IMG/VR virus record: IMGVR_UViG_3300009158_000031
Span: 62,001-126,000 of that record
DNA: 64,000 nt
Strand: one strand, 5' to 3'
This document shows, in pieces, positions 1 to 9,348 of the stretch. The stretch's first letter is position 1; every line of letters begins with the position of its first letter. Below the pieces are notes generated by a model. The model did not search any database. It was not told where the DNA came from and saw only the letters and a program-made list of their open reading frames with translations. A program made the position numbers and the translations under genes.

Positions 1-2
1 TA

Positions 3-317
3 TCACCAGAGATGTTAATTGATAGAAACTTCACCGTCACATTTCAGCTGTTAGACGGAAATGTTAATTATTGGATATTATTAGAAACATTCTTTCATTA
101 TTATAGCTTTGATAATCGTAATCCATATACATTTGATGTTCCTATTGGTATATTTGATGCTGAAGGAAATAAGATGTACTCATCAATATTCAAAGATTGT
201 TTGTTTACCGGAATGAATCAATTCACACTTTCTTATTCAGAATTAACTCCTGAATTTAGAACCTTCGAAGCTACATTTGCATTTAATGAGATAAAATTAG
301 AATTTGAAACTCAATAA
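3..317 (+). CDS. 5'-truncated virion protein, probably tail tube/baseplate (gp19-like fold)
   Basis: Frame is open to the window edge. C-terminal IFKDCLFTGMNQFTLSYSE..FEATFAFN resembles T4-like tail-tube family endings. Confidence 0.4.
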   Translation, partial: SPEMLIDRNFTVTFQLLDGNVNYWILLETFFHYYSFDNRNPYTFDVPIGIFDAEGNKMYSSIFKDCLFTGMNQFTLSYSELTPEFRTFEATFAFNEIKLEFETQ

Positions 318-318
318 A

Positions 319-957
319 ATGAAATTTTACAAATATCATGAATTTCTAAATGAGGCATCTATTGCATCGGTGATTGATAGAATAGGAAATGAAGAGAATA
401 TTCAAATTGAAAATATGGATGATTATGTTAATCATTTCATAAATATAGGCGCAAAAAGGATTGCCGGCGGTTCATCTGCTGAAATACTCGAATACCAAGG
501 TGGAGTTATCAAGATATATGCTCCTATCAATGATCCAGGAATGACTAGATATTTAGCATTTTGTTTATCTAATAAAACGAATTCATATACTCCTAAAATA
601 GAAAAAATTCTAAAGGTTTGGGCCAATGAAGAAAGATGGATATTTGCAGTATTCATGGAAAATCTAGAAAAACCAAGTGGAGATTTTACCAATGAATTAA
701 ACATGTATTTAGAAACTCAATTAAAGGGATATCGTTTCGGTAATAATAAAGAGGATACCAACTTTTTTGAAGGTTTAAAATCTATTATAATTAAATATTC
801 AAAAGATTCAGATAAAAAATCTTTAAACGATATAATTGCATTCCTTAATGGATCAATTGACAAATATCGATATCAGGTAGATTTTGGTCCTCAGAATTGG
901 ATGATGCGAAGAGGTCAATTAGTTTTAATTGATCCATTTTGGCCAAGTATGGAATAG
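319..957 (+). CDS. T7 gp0.7-like Ser/Thr protein kinase with capsid-targeting-like N-terminus
   Basis: Gly loop IAGGSSA, VIK lysine, DPGMTRYLAFC (cf. T7 DSGAAYTAFC), catalytic loop DFGPQN, LIDPF. Likely start MKFYKYHEFLNE at 319. Confidence 0.65.
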   Translation: MKFYKYHEFLNEASIASVIDRIGNEENIQIENMDDYVNHFINIGAKRIAGGSSAEILEYQGGVIKIYAPINDPGMTRYLAFCLSNKTNSYTPKIEKILKVWANEERWIFAVFMENLEKPSGDFTNELNMYLETQLKGYRFGNNKEDTNFFEGLKSIIIKYSKDSDKKSLNDIIAFLNGSIDKYRYQVDFGPQNWMMRRGQLVLIDPFWPSME

Positions 958-994
958 GATTGAATATATAAATTAATATAAAAACAACAAACTA

Positions 995-1300
995 ATGAAT
1001 ATCATTCCAACATTTGATGGATTTATTAACGAAGGAAAGATTTCCATCGGAAAAATGAATTTTTTTGTACGAGTTTTTAACGATGCAAAAGGACTATACG
1101 TACAATTTATACCGGATGGCAAGACTTTAGATAAATTTTCTAAGAATGACATGGTAGAAAATATAAAAGATAAACTAGATTCAGCAATGCCTCAATTTGC
1201 AAGTGCTCTTTGGTTCGCAATTGACAATCAAGCCACAGGAGTAATTTTCAGATTAGACCCATATAAATTAGAAGAAATAATTACAAAAGCTATTAAATAA
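995..1300 (+). CDS. hypothetical protein, putative internal head protein
   Basis: N-terminus MNIIPTFDGFINE; AATATATA motif upstream. Confidence 0.6.
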   Translation: MNIIPTFDGFINEGKISIGKMNFFVRVFNDAKGLYVQFIPDGKTLDKFSKNDMVENIKDKLDSAMPQFASALWFAIDNQATGVIFRLDPYKLEEIITKAIK

Positions 1301-1665
1301 TGAAAACATTCAAAGAATATCTTATTGAAAGTAATACTTTCTCTGAAGAAGAAATCAAAGCACTTAATGAAAATCTTAAGTCTGAATTAACTGAAGCTGA
1401 AGAAGCTAAAATCGATAAAGCTATCAAAGAATTTTGTAGTCAATATCTTGATAAAAACAAGAATATAAAAGAATTTAATGAAGAGCTTACAAATGAAGGT
1501 TTTCTAGGATCTATCCTAGGAGGTCTTACCGGTTTTGCTCTAGGATCTTCGATCGGTAAAATTATTGCAAATGTACTAGGTATTGAGAGAGGCGTAATTT
1601 ACGATTTACTAACAAGTAGACTTGTTGGAGCTGCATTAGGTGCTGCATTAGGAAAACGTGTATGA
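1300..1665 (+). CDS. hypothetical protein with C-terminal glycine-zipper hydrophobic helices
   Basis: MKTFKEYLIE start; GFLGSILGGLTGFALG and GAALGAALG repeats; coupled to neighbours. Confidence 0.65.
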   Translation: MKTFKEYLIESNTFSEEEIKALNENLKSELTEAEEAKIDKAIKEFCSQYLDKNKNIKEFNEELTNEGFLGSILGGLTGFALGSSIGKIIANVLGIERGVIYDLLTSRLVGAALGAALGKRV

Positions 1666-2279
1666 TAATAGGAATTGATTTCTCAATTAACAGTACAGCC
1701 GTATCTATAAACGAAGGAGGTAACCTCACTCTATTTTCATTCGTTCCAAATTTTCAATCAGGTAAAGCCGCATTCAGAACACATGATGCAATACGAGAAA
1801 TTGTCACGGTTGTTAGCTATAATAAAGAACCTAATACTAAAGATAGTTTAGAAGATCAAAGAATTAAGATTCGTAATGCTAACGAATTATCCGATCAAAT
1901 AATATCTCACATTAGACCTTATTTAGAAGAAGCAGAATTTATCAATATAGAAGGTTTCTCATTTGGATCTAAAGGAAATTCTTTCATCGATCTAATATCA
2001 TACAATACATTTTTAAAAGTAAAACTGCTACAAATTGTAGGAGAGAAGATTTGGGTTATCCCTCCAAAATCTATTAAGAAGCTATATACAGGAAATGGCA
2101 ATGCTTCAAAATGTATGATGGTTAATCGTTTCATGATGGATTCTTCTCCTCTTCGAGATAAAATCACCGAACTTGAATTTATTCAAGAAGGAGAATACGC
2201 TATCCCTAAACCGATTGACGATATTGTTGATGCCGTAGCTCTTTCTCGATTAAACCCGAGTACACAATCCATCATATAA
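1662..2279 (+). CDS. ruvC: RuvC-like Holliday junction resolvase
   Basis: MIIGIDFSINSTA, IEGFSFG, KSIKKLYTGNGNASK, DDIVDAVAL. Confidence 0.8.
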   Translation: MIIGIDFSINSTAVSINEGGNLTLFSFVPNFQSGKAAFRTHDAIREIVTVVSYNKEPNTKDSLEDQRIKIRNANELSDQIISHIRPYLEEAEFINIEGFSFGSKGNSFIDLISYNTFLKVKLLQIVGEKIWVIPPKSIKKLYTGNGNASKCMMVNRFMMDSSPLRDKITELEFIQEGEYAIPKPIDDIVDAVALSRLNPSTQSII

Positions 2280-2300
2280 GTAGTTAAAGACTGTAATTTC

Positions 2301-4130
2301 ATGAAAGTTAATATTATAACTAGGCTCACTCGACCTGAATACCTTAAAGAGGTTTGGAAATCTATAGAAGATTCTCGAGTAGATAACATCCAGATAAATT
2401 GGCATGTTATCATTGACATATTAGGTAATTTCTCAATATCCTCAGAACTTCTTAGGTTTATTGAGAGTAAAACTACCTCGATCATTATGGAAAAAGGTGA
2501 ACCAAACACTTTTGGATATAGCCTAATCAATAATCTAATTGATACTTTACCCGATGATGAATGGATATACATTCTTGACGATGATAATGCAATACATCCT
2601 GAATTTTTCAAAATCGTACAAGAAAGAGTTAACCTTCCCGGAATCTGGGCATTCAATCAATTAGTCGAAGGAAAAGACTTTACGAAATTACATATCAGAG
2701 AAGCCACTCTCGATAATATGAGATGGCAAGGAGTAGATGTTGGCCAACTACTTATTCATAAAGGAACAATGAATCCACATCGTTTTCATGCTCATTATAG
2801 TGGAGATGGATATTTCATCAATGCCATCAAGGCAGAAAAACCCGAGATATTTCATTTCATTAATGAAACCCTTACTAATTACAATTATTTTCAGAAGAAG
2901 AAGCTCAATAGAAAACTTCCAAGAATTCTATTAATACACGATAAAGATGTTGAGTTAATATCCAACAATCCACCTTATTTTGAATGTGAAGAACTTACAG
3001 TTAAAAGAATAGAGAAATATGATGAATCGGTCGTTTCTGAATTTAATCCAGATTGTATTTTATCGATTGGCGGTGAATGGAAAGATTATCCTGAGCTAGC
3101 TAATTCATCATTTGACTTTAAACAAAGGTGGTTGCATTTCGAAGAGTACTCACCAGAAATAGGAGAAGATGCCTATCAATGTGCAACTGCCTATATTCTA
3201 AATAGACAAACCACTCAACCGCTTTTAAGTATTATTACTCCAATATACAATACTGGAGATAAGCTAAGAAGAACTTATAAATCAATCAAAGAACAAACTT
3301 ACACGAATTGGGAATGGGTTATTGTTGACGATTCGACAGATGAATATACCTCTAATCTTGCAAAAGAAATCGAGAAAGATGATTCGAGAGTAACTGTCTA
3401 TCGAATACTTCCAATTAGTGGTGGAATTATTGGTGAAGCCAAATATCGTGCATTCATGCTTTCTCGAGGAGAAATTCTTATGGAAATGGATCATGATGAT
3501 GAGCTACATCCAGAAGCAAATGAATATATTATTAAGGCTTATAATCGATATCCAGATGCCGGTTTCTATTATTCAGATTGTATAGAGATTAACGAAAAAC
3601 ACGAATCTTTAACTTATGGACCTGATGGAACATGGGCTTTAGGTTATGGTAAATATTATGATTATCATCATAATGGAAGAGATTACAAATCCGTAGATCA
3701 ACCTAATATTAATCCTCTTACTATTCGCCACATTGTGGCTGTTCCAAATCACTTTCGTGCTTGGCGAAGAGATGTTTATCTTTCAGTTGGATCTCATAAT
3801 AGAAGATTATCCATAGCTGATGATTATGAGTTAATCGTTAGAACATTCCTACAAACTCGAATGGTTCACATTCCAAAACCTCTCTACTTCCAATATTATC
3901 ATGGAGGAAATTCTCAAGATGATGGTAATGCAAGAGCCGATATTCAAAGAAGAGTAAGATCTATTTCAGTTTTCTATAACTGGGATATCAGAAACAGATT
4001 CCGTCAATTAGGCGTAGAAGATTGGGCATTCGTTGATTCTAATTGGCCTTGGTACGAATCACCAAAATTCGGTGAGGAAGAGAAGTATGTTAATTATCTT
4101 TTAGATATTAATGAGAATGAAGGAGAATGA
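2301..4130 (+). CDS. two-domain family 2 glycosyltransferase
   Basis: N-terminal GT-A (WIYILDDDN). C-terminal GT2 (SIITPIYN, EWVIVDDST, MEMDHDD, ADDYEL). Confidence 0.85.
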   Translation: MKVNIITRLTRPEYLKEVWKSIEDSRVDNIQINWHVIIDILGNFSISSELLRFIESKTTSIIMEKGEPNTFGYSLINNLIDTLPDDEWIYILDDDNAIHPEFFKIVQERVNLPGIWAFNQLVEGKDFTKLHIREATLDNMRWQGVDVGQLLIHKGTMNPHRFHAHYSGDGYFINAIKAEKPEIFHFINETLTNYNYFQKKKLNRKLPRILLIHDKDVELISNNPPYFECEELTVKRIEKYDESVVSEFNPDCILSIGGEWKDYPELANSSFDFKQRWLHFEEYSPEIGEDAYQCATAYILNRQTTQPLLSIITPIYNTGDKLRRTYKSIKEQTYTNWEWVIVDDSTDEYTSNLAKEIEKDDSRVTVYRILPISGGIIGEAKYRAFMLSRGEILMEMDHDDELHPEANEYIIKAYNRYPDAGFYYSDCIEINEKHESLTYGPDGTWALGYGKYYDYHHNGRDYKSVDQPNINPLTIRHIVAVPNHFRAWRRDVYLSVGSHNRRLSIADDYELIVRTFLQTRMVHIPKPLYFQYYHGGNSQDDGNARADIQRRVRSISVFYNWDIRNRFRQLGVEDWAFVDSNWPWYESPKFGEEEKYVNYLLDINENEGE

Positions 4131-4239
4131 AGGAGATTAACCTAACTAGTAAATACTAGTACTGCCTGAAGAACTATATTATTTCCTCGATCACCTTAGA
4201 TAAAGGTTATATGACAATTAGATAGGGGCAGATTCAGTA
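4122..4239. repeat. copy 1 of dispersed 92-bp element, plus 15-nt variable spacer and CAGATTCAGTA
   Basis: 4122-4213 matches 63553-63644 at 91/92 nt; CAGATTCAGTA follows after 15 nt in both copies. Confidence 0.95.
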
Positions 4240-4277
4240 TTGATATATAAACTGAATAAAATTAAATTTAGCTTCTA

Positions 4278-5144
4278 ATGGCAAATAGTAGAGCATTCGC
4301 ATATAACCCGACTCTCGTGAGTGTAGCCGGAGCAACCAATTATGGATATCTATGTGTTGGATATCCGTCAGTTTCCTATGAATCTACTGGATTAACTTGG
4401 TGGGGTGGACCTAGTGAAGGTAAAGGTTATGTGATTGCTGCTGCTCTTCCAGGTGCTACTCAACCAACATCAGATCCAAATCGCCCTTTTGCCTCCGTGC
4501 AATTTTGGGGTACTGAAGTTCTTGTTGGTCCAACTAGTAATAATGCATTTCTTACATTAGCAAATTCTATAGGATCCACCACATTCACAACGGTCACTAA
4601 TGCAACGAATTGGTTAACTGCTAATGGATACTGGACTTCATATTTACCTTATGTTGCTGGATTATATAAGACAACATATAGTGGATATTTTGCTGACAAT
4701 GTTAGTTTCTTTGCAACGGCAACTCCTGCTTCAGTAGGAAATAATCCGGCAACATCTGTACAAACAACCTCTATATTTGAACCGGCTACTGATGATGGAA
4801 CTAATTTCAGTTGTCAATGGTTGGGATATTTCAAACCAACAACCACCGAAACCTACACATTTTTCACGTCATCCGATGATGCATCGTATGTTTGGGTTGG
4901 AAGTAATGCACAAACCGGATTTACTACCGGAAATGCAACGGTTAATAATGGAGGTGCTCATGGACCCACTGAAAGATCTGGTTCTATAGCTTTAACCGCT
5001 GGAGTTTATTATCCAATCCGAATACAATTTGGCGAACAAGGTGGAGGAGATGTAATGACATTTAATTACTCAACTCCAACTATTACTAAAACAACAAACG
5101 TAACCGGATTAGTTTTCTATAATTCAACAACTAACAATTTCTAA
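4278..5144 (+). CDS. virion decoration/adhesin with C-terminal PA14 domain
   Basis: FSCQWLGYFKP..TYTFFTSSDDASYVWV..LTAGVYYPIRIQFGEQGGG is typical PA14. N-terminal domain is shared with the next gene. Confidence 0.75.
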   Translation: MANSRAFAYNPTLVSVAGATNYGYLCVGYPSVSYESTGLTWWGGPSEGKGYVIAAALPGATQPTSDPNRPFASVQFWGTEVLVGPTSNNAFLTLANSIGSTTFTTVTNATNWLTANGYWTSYLPYVAGLYKTTYSGYFADNVSFFATATPASVGNNPATSVQTTSIFEPATDDGTNFSCQWLGYFKPTTTETYTFFTSSDDASYVWVGSNAQTGFTTGNATVNNGGAHGPTERSGSIALTAGVYYPIRIQFGEQGGGDVMTFNYSTPTITKTTNVTGLVFYNSTTNNF

Positions 5145-5148
5145 TTAA

Positions 5149-6426
5149 ATGGCAACCACTAGAACTTTCGCATATAATGTTGGTGCTACCGTTTCCGGTA
5201 CTCAAAAGATGGGATCTATTGCAATAGGAAGACCTACTTCAGGATTCTTTGCAACCGGATTAACCTGGAGAGGTGGTCCTGATGAAGATCTTGGATATAT
5301 TATTGCATATACTGCAACTCCTCCGAGAACTGCCGGAGGCAATACTATATCTATTTCGGTAAATGACATTGGATATAAAAGATCGATTGCTAAGACTGAT
5401 CAATCATTTATAAATTTGGCTAATCAAATTGGTGCTACATCTTTTGCATCCGCAATTGCTGCAAAAACCTGGTTAAATACAAACGGATACTGGACAAATT
5501 GGATACCAATAATTGATTCAGGATTAGTTCTGTATTTAGATGCAGGCTTAACTGCAAGTTATCCTCGTACTGGAACTACTTGGATTGATTTATCTGCATC
5601 TGGTAATATTGCAACTTTAGTTAACGGACCAACATTTAGTAGTACGAATGAGGGAAATTTTATATTTGATGGAGTAAATGATTATTGTTCAACCTCTCTA
5701 GTAAAAACTTTTACATCCATGACAATACAGGTTTGGTTTCGTGGAGATGGTGCTAATCAAAATGGAACATATGGTTTTGCAGGAGTAGTAGCAAATAGAA
5801 CTTCTCCGGCAGATGCAACTGGATTACTATTAAATAACAATAATAATAAATCATTAGGGTATAGTTGGAATGGTGTAACAAATACATGGAGTTGGAATTC
5901 TGGATTAGTATTAGATTATTATGGATGGCATTTTTTATCATTAACCGTAACACCAACATTAGCAACCGCATTTTTGAATGGAGCTACTGCTACTAACGTG
6001 GTTAATCACGCATCAACATCAATAACAAGTTTAGCAATAGGTAAAGATTATGTTACTGAACGATATGTTACTGGAGGCATAGCCTCCGTATCCGTTTATG
6101 ATAGAGCTCTATCTAACGCAGAAGTTCTCCAAAATTACAATGCAACTAAGGATAGGTTTGCCAATGCAACTATCGGTTATACCGTGTATAACGGTTGTAA
6201 TGCTGCTTCTGCGGTAATTTGGGTTGCATCTGCTGGACTTACTGTTGGTAAAACTGTTTATGCGGATTCTAATTTAACTACACTATATGCTAGCCAAACA
6301 TTTTCTCAAAATGTCTGGCCAGATGATCCTGACTATTCCGCTGACGGAATAGTAACTAATAGTTCTGGAATAATTACTTCAATTACGCAAACAATAGGCG
6401 GCTGTAATGTACAAACCTATTGTTAA
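5149..6426 (+). CDS. virion decoration/adhesin with LamG/ConA-like lectin domain
   Basis: GLVLYLDAG..SYPRTGTTWIDLS..FDGVNDY..VYDRALSNAEVLQNYNA. N-terminal domain is paralogous to 4278..5144. Confidence 0.75.
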   Translation: MATTRTFAYNVGATVSGTQKMGSIAIGRPTSGFFATGLTWRGGPDEDLGYIIAYTATPPRTAGGNTISISVNDIGYKRSIAKTDQSFINLANQIGATSFASAIAAKTWLNTNGYWTNWIPIIDSGLVLYLDAGLTASYPRTGTTWIDLSASGNIATLVNGPTFSSTNEGNFIFDGVNDYCSTSLVKTFTSMTIQVWFRGDGANQNGTYGFAGVVANRTSPADATGLLLNNNNNKSLGYSWNGVTNTWSWNSGLVLDYYGWHFLSLTVTPTLATAFLNGATATNVVNHASTSITSLAIGKDYVTERYVTGGIASVSVYDRALSNAEVLQNYNATKDRFANATIGYTVYNGCNAASAVIWVASAGLTVGKTVYADSNLTTLYASQTFSQNVWPDDPDYSADGIVTNSSGIITSITQTIGGCNVQTYC

Positions 6427-6450
6427 ACGATTAAATATAAAATAAAACTT

Positions 6451-6717
6451 ATGCAAGAGTATAAAAACCGAAAATTTATGATTTTTAATGTATCGGAATT
6501 ATCCCAAATCAATTTTGAAGAAGTGTTAGAATCTTCAATTGATACTTCAAGAAAAAGCATAGATGGAACAAAAACTTTTGTGAAGTGGGAAGGTGAAATC
6601 CCAGAATGTGTTAATAATTTAACAACTAAACATGGTCCATATACATACGAAGAAATAATTCCAATTTTATCCGCTTCCGAATGGACATCAAATGAACAAA
6701 CCGAGGTTACTATATAA
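6451..6717 (+). CDS. conserved phage hypothetical protein
   Basis: Clean ORF between coupled genes (RKSIDGTKTFVKWEG). Confidence 0.6.
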   Translation: MQEYKNRKFMIFNVSELSQINFEEVLESSIDTSRKSIDGTKTFVKWEGEIPECVNNLTTKHGPYTYEEIIPILSASEWTSNEQTEVTI

Positions 6718-6720
6718 TTT

Positions 6721-7392
6721 ATGATAATACATAGACCATATACCACTAGAGGAAACGTAAAAGCTGATTGGATTAATTCATATAGAACATTTAGTTTTCC
6801 AAATTATTATGATCCTAATTATATGAATTTTAGTGATCTCCAAACTATCAATGATGATAGAGTTCAGCCAGGTGGTCATGTTCCTTTACATGAACATAAG
6901 AATATGGAAATATTTGGTTATGTTGTTGAAGGTACTTGTAGACACACCGATAGTCACGGTAAATCTTTAGATATACCATCAGGTTCCGTTCAAAGAATGA
7001 GTACCGGTTTAGGTATAAAACATACTGAAGGGAATGCTTCAGATAAACCAAATAGATATTTACAACTTTGGATAAGACCAAACGAACTTAATACGGAATC
7101 TTATCACGAATGGCATCAATTCACTAGAGAAGATAAATTAAATAAATTTTGTGATATAACAGAAAAATTGCCAATCAAACAAGATGCTAAATTATTAGCA
7201 GGTATATTTACTGAAGATTTTAAATTTGAAATTAAAAGCAACCGAAAATATTATTTATATGTGGTAAATGGTTCAATTAACGTAAATGGTTTAGATATTA
7301 TTGAAGGAGATGGTTTAAGTTATATTGAAGAAGAATCAATAAATATCTCTCCAAAAGAAGAATCTGAAATTATAGTATTTGATTTAAGATAA
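6721..7392 (+). CDS. pirin-family cupin (YhhW/quercetinase-like)
   Basis: RTFSF..YYDPNYMNFSDLQTINDD, H.H.NMEI..YV.EG..H.DS.G, VQRMSTG.GI.H.E.N, LQLWI.P. Confidence 0.9.
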   Translation: MIIHRPYTTRGNVKADWINSYRTFSFPNYYDPNYMNFSDLQTINDDRVQPGGHVPLHEHKNMEIFGYVVEGTCRHTDSHGKSLDIPSGSVQRMSTGLGIKHTEGNASDKPNRYLQLWIRPNELNTESYHEWHQFTREDKLNKFCDITEKLPIKQDAKLLAGIFTEDFKFEIKSNRKYYLYVVNGSINVNGLDIIEGDGLSYIEEESINISPKEESEIIVFDLR

Positions 7393-7415
7393 AAAACATA
7401 TAAGATAAATATATT

Positions 7416-8024
7416 ATGAAACATATACAAAGCTTCGACGATTTCTTAAATGAAGAAGAGAAGAAACCTAGAGTAGGTCATACTGTAAAAAGAGGACATT
7501 ACAAATCAGATCCACCCGATATTGGTCTTTATTCTAAAGGAGGAAGAGACGCAATTAAAGGAACTGGATATGCCAACAAAGAAAAGGCAGAATTTACGGT
7601 AAAAGAGTTAGATAAACTTATGGACAAAGGTGAAAACGTTTGGGCTATGTCAATTGCAACTACTATGGAATCTCGAGCTAAAAAACATCCTCATCAATCA
7701 GATGGAATGCGAGATGCCATGAAGATATTTCGTGAATGGATTGATAAAAATAAGAAAAGTGAAGGTGTTGAAGAAGCTGAAAGTAAAACTCTATTTTCTC
7801 CGGGTAAAGATGATGCAGTAAAAGGAACCGGTTATAAAGATGCAGAAGCGGCAAACAAAACAATCACCATCATTAATAAATTAAATAAAACCGATCATAG
7901 TCACGCAATGGCAATTGCTACGACTATGGAGAATCGAGCTAAAACCCATAAATTTAGCACACCTGATATGAAAGCTGCTGCCAAGATATTTAGAGAATGG
8001 ATTGATAAAAATAGAACTACATAA
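7416..8024 (+). CDS. hypothetical protein with two tandem ~70-aa domains
   Basis: DA.KGTGY...A..IATTME.RAK.H....M..A.KIFREWIDKN occurs twice; N-terminus MKHIQSFDDFLNE. Confidence 0.7.
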   Translation: MKHIQSFDDFLNEEEKKPRVGHTVKRGHYKSDPPDIGLYSKGGRDAIKGTGYANKEKAEFTVKELDKLMDKGENVWAMSIATTMESRAKKHPHQSDGMRDAMKIFREWIDKNKKSEGVEEAESKTLFSPGKDDAVKGTGYKDAEAANKTITIINKLNKTDHSHAMAIATTMENRAKTHKFSTPDMKAAAKIFREWIDKNRTT

Positions 8025-8209
8025 TGAATAATGCCTGGCTATATAACAGAAACCGAATAATGCGTCAACGATCAGATGAGCAATTACTTCAACAAATGAC
8101 AAATGCTCAACCAATTGATTTGCCTTTAGAGCAAACGATGTTACTTTTGTTAAATGACGATATCACAACCGTTACATCAATAGGAACCGGTTTAACTGGT
8201 CCTGCATAA
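8024..8209 (+). CDS. small hypothetical protein
   Basis: TAATG coupling to the previous gene. Confidence 0.45.
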   Translation: MNNAWLYNRNRIMRQRSDEQLLQQMTNAQPIDLPLEQTMLLLLNDDITTVTSIGTGLTGPA

Positions 8210-8224
8210 TTTTTTGAAACCGAA

Positions 8225-8399
8225 ATCTCATTTGAAGTGAGATACATATAATAATTATAACATCTAAAAAATGTTATAACCAAGTAAGTAGAACAAGCTT
8301 AGATTAGGTGAAACTAATTTAATCCGGAGTAAGTAAGTGAATCTAAGATTTAAGTAAGTTCATATTAAATAAACAACGTAAATAAAAAAGTAAGTAAAC
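8225..8399 (+). promoter_or_regulatory. gp32 leader: CATATAA motif, hairpins and 4x AAGTAAGT (putative translational operator)
   Basis: Stems 8225-8230/8238-8243, 8255-8263/8271-8279 and 8298-8305/8340-8347. AAGTAAGT at 8282, 8331, 8352, 8388. Confidence 0.55.
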
Positions 8400-9323
8400 A
8401 TGGAAAACAAATTCGACATCTTTAATCTGTCTTTGGAAGATTTCAAAACAGAAGAAAAACCAAAATCTGGTCAGGATCTTTACAAAACAGATCCTAAATT
8501 ATCTAAGGACTCTATCTACAGAGCAATCGTTCGTTTCATACCGAACGTTAAAAACCCAAAGAAATCTTTCGTTAAAAAATTCTCATACTGGTTGGAAGAC
8601 GCAGGTGGAAATGGATTTTACGTAGATTGTCCTTCATCAATTGGTGACAAATCAATTATTCAAGACACTTTCTGGAAGCTATACAAATCGGAATCCGCTT
8701 TCGATAAAAAACAAGCTGAAAAGATTAAACGTAAAGAGTACTACTACTCTCTTGTTTATATCATGAAAGATCCACAACGTCCTGAATACGAAAACACCGT
8801 ACAAATCCTTCGTTACCCTCGTGCCGTTAAGAAATTAATCGATTCGCAAATTCAACCAGATGTTACTGATTTGGAAATGGGAACCGAACCAACTAACGTT
8901 TTCGACTTCTTCGAAGGAAAAGACTTCTCATTAAAAGTTACAATGAAAGGTGGTTATTGGAATTATGACGAATGTAAATTCGCTCAAGCTAAAACTCCTA
9001 TCACGGTAAATGCAGTTAAAATGGATAACAATTCAGAATCACGTAAAATGATTATGGACCTTTACGAAGGTGCTGCTGATATTGAAATCTATGACTTCAA
9101 ACAATGGGATGAAGAATTAAGAAATAAGGTTAACAACGTATTGAGTGAAATTACAGGAAATCCCGGTGCTGCTTATAATGCAGTCACTTCTCCTGCTAAA
9201 ACTGCTTCAGCTCCTCAACGAACTGAATCTGCTCCTAAAAAAGAAGAATCAATTCCTACTCCATCTAATCCAGGTACCGATGAAAACATCGAGGATTGGT
9301 TGAAAGAATTTGATATCAAGTAA
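8400..9323 (+). CDS. 32: single-stranded DNA binding protein (T4 gp32-like)
   Basis: AIVRFIP, FFEGKDFSLKV, WNYDECKF, acidic/aromatic C-terminal tail (IEDWLKEFDIK). Confidence 0.8.
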   Translation: MENKFDIFNLSLEDFKTEEKPKSGQDLYKTDPKLSKDSIYRAIVRFIPNVKNPKKSFVKKFSYWLEDAGGNGFYVDCPSSIGDKSIIQDTFWKLYKSESAFDKKQAEKIKRKEYYYSLVYIMKDPQRPEYENTVQILRYPRAVKKLIDSQIQPDVTDLEMGTEPTNVFDFFEGKDFSLKVTMKGGYWNYDECKFAQAKTPITVNAVKMDNNSESRKMIMDLYEGAADIEIYDFKQWDEELRNKVNNVLSEITGNPGAAYNAVTSPAKTASAPQRTESAPKKEESIPTPSNPGTDENIEDWLKEFDIK

Positions 9324-9348
9324 TCAAATCTTATTAACACAAATTCAT

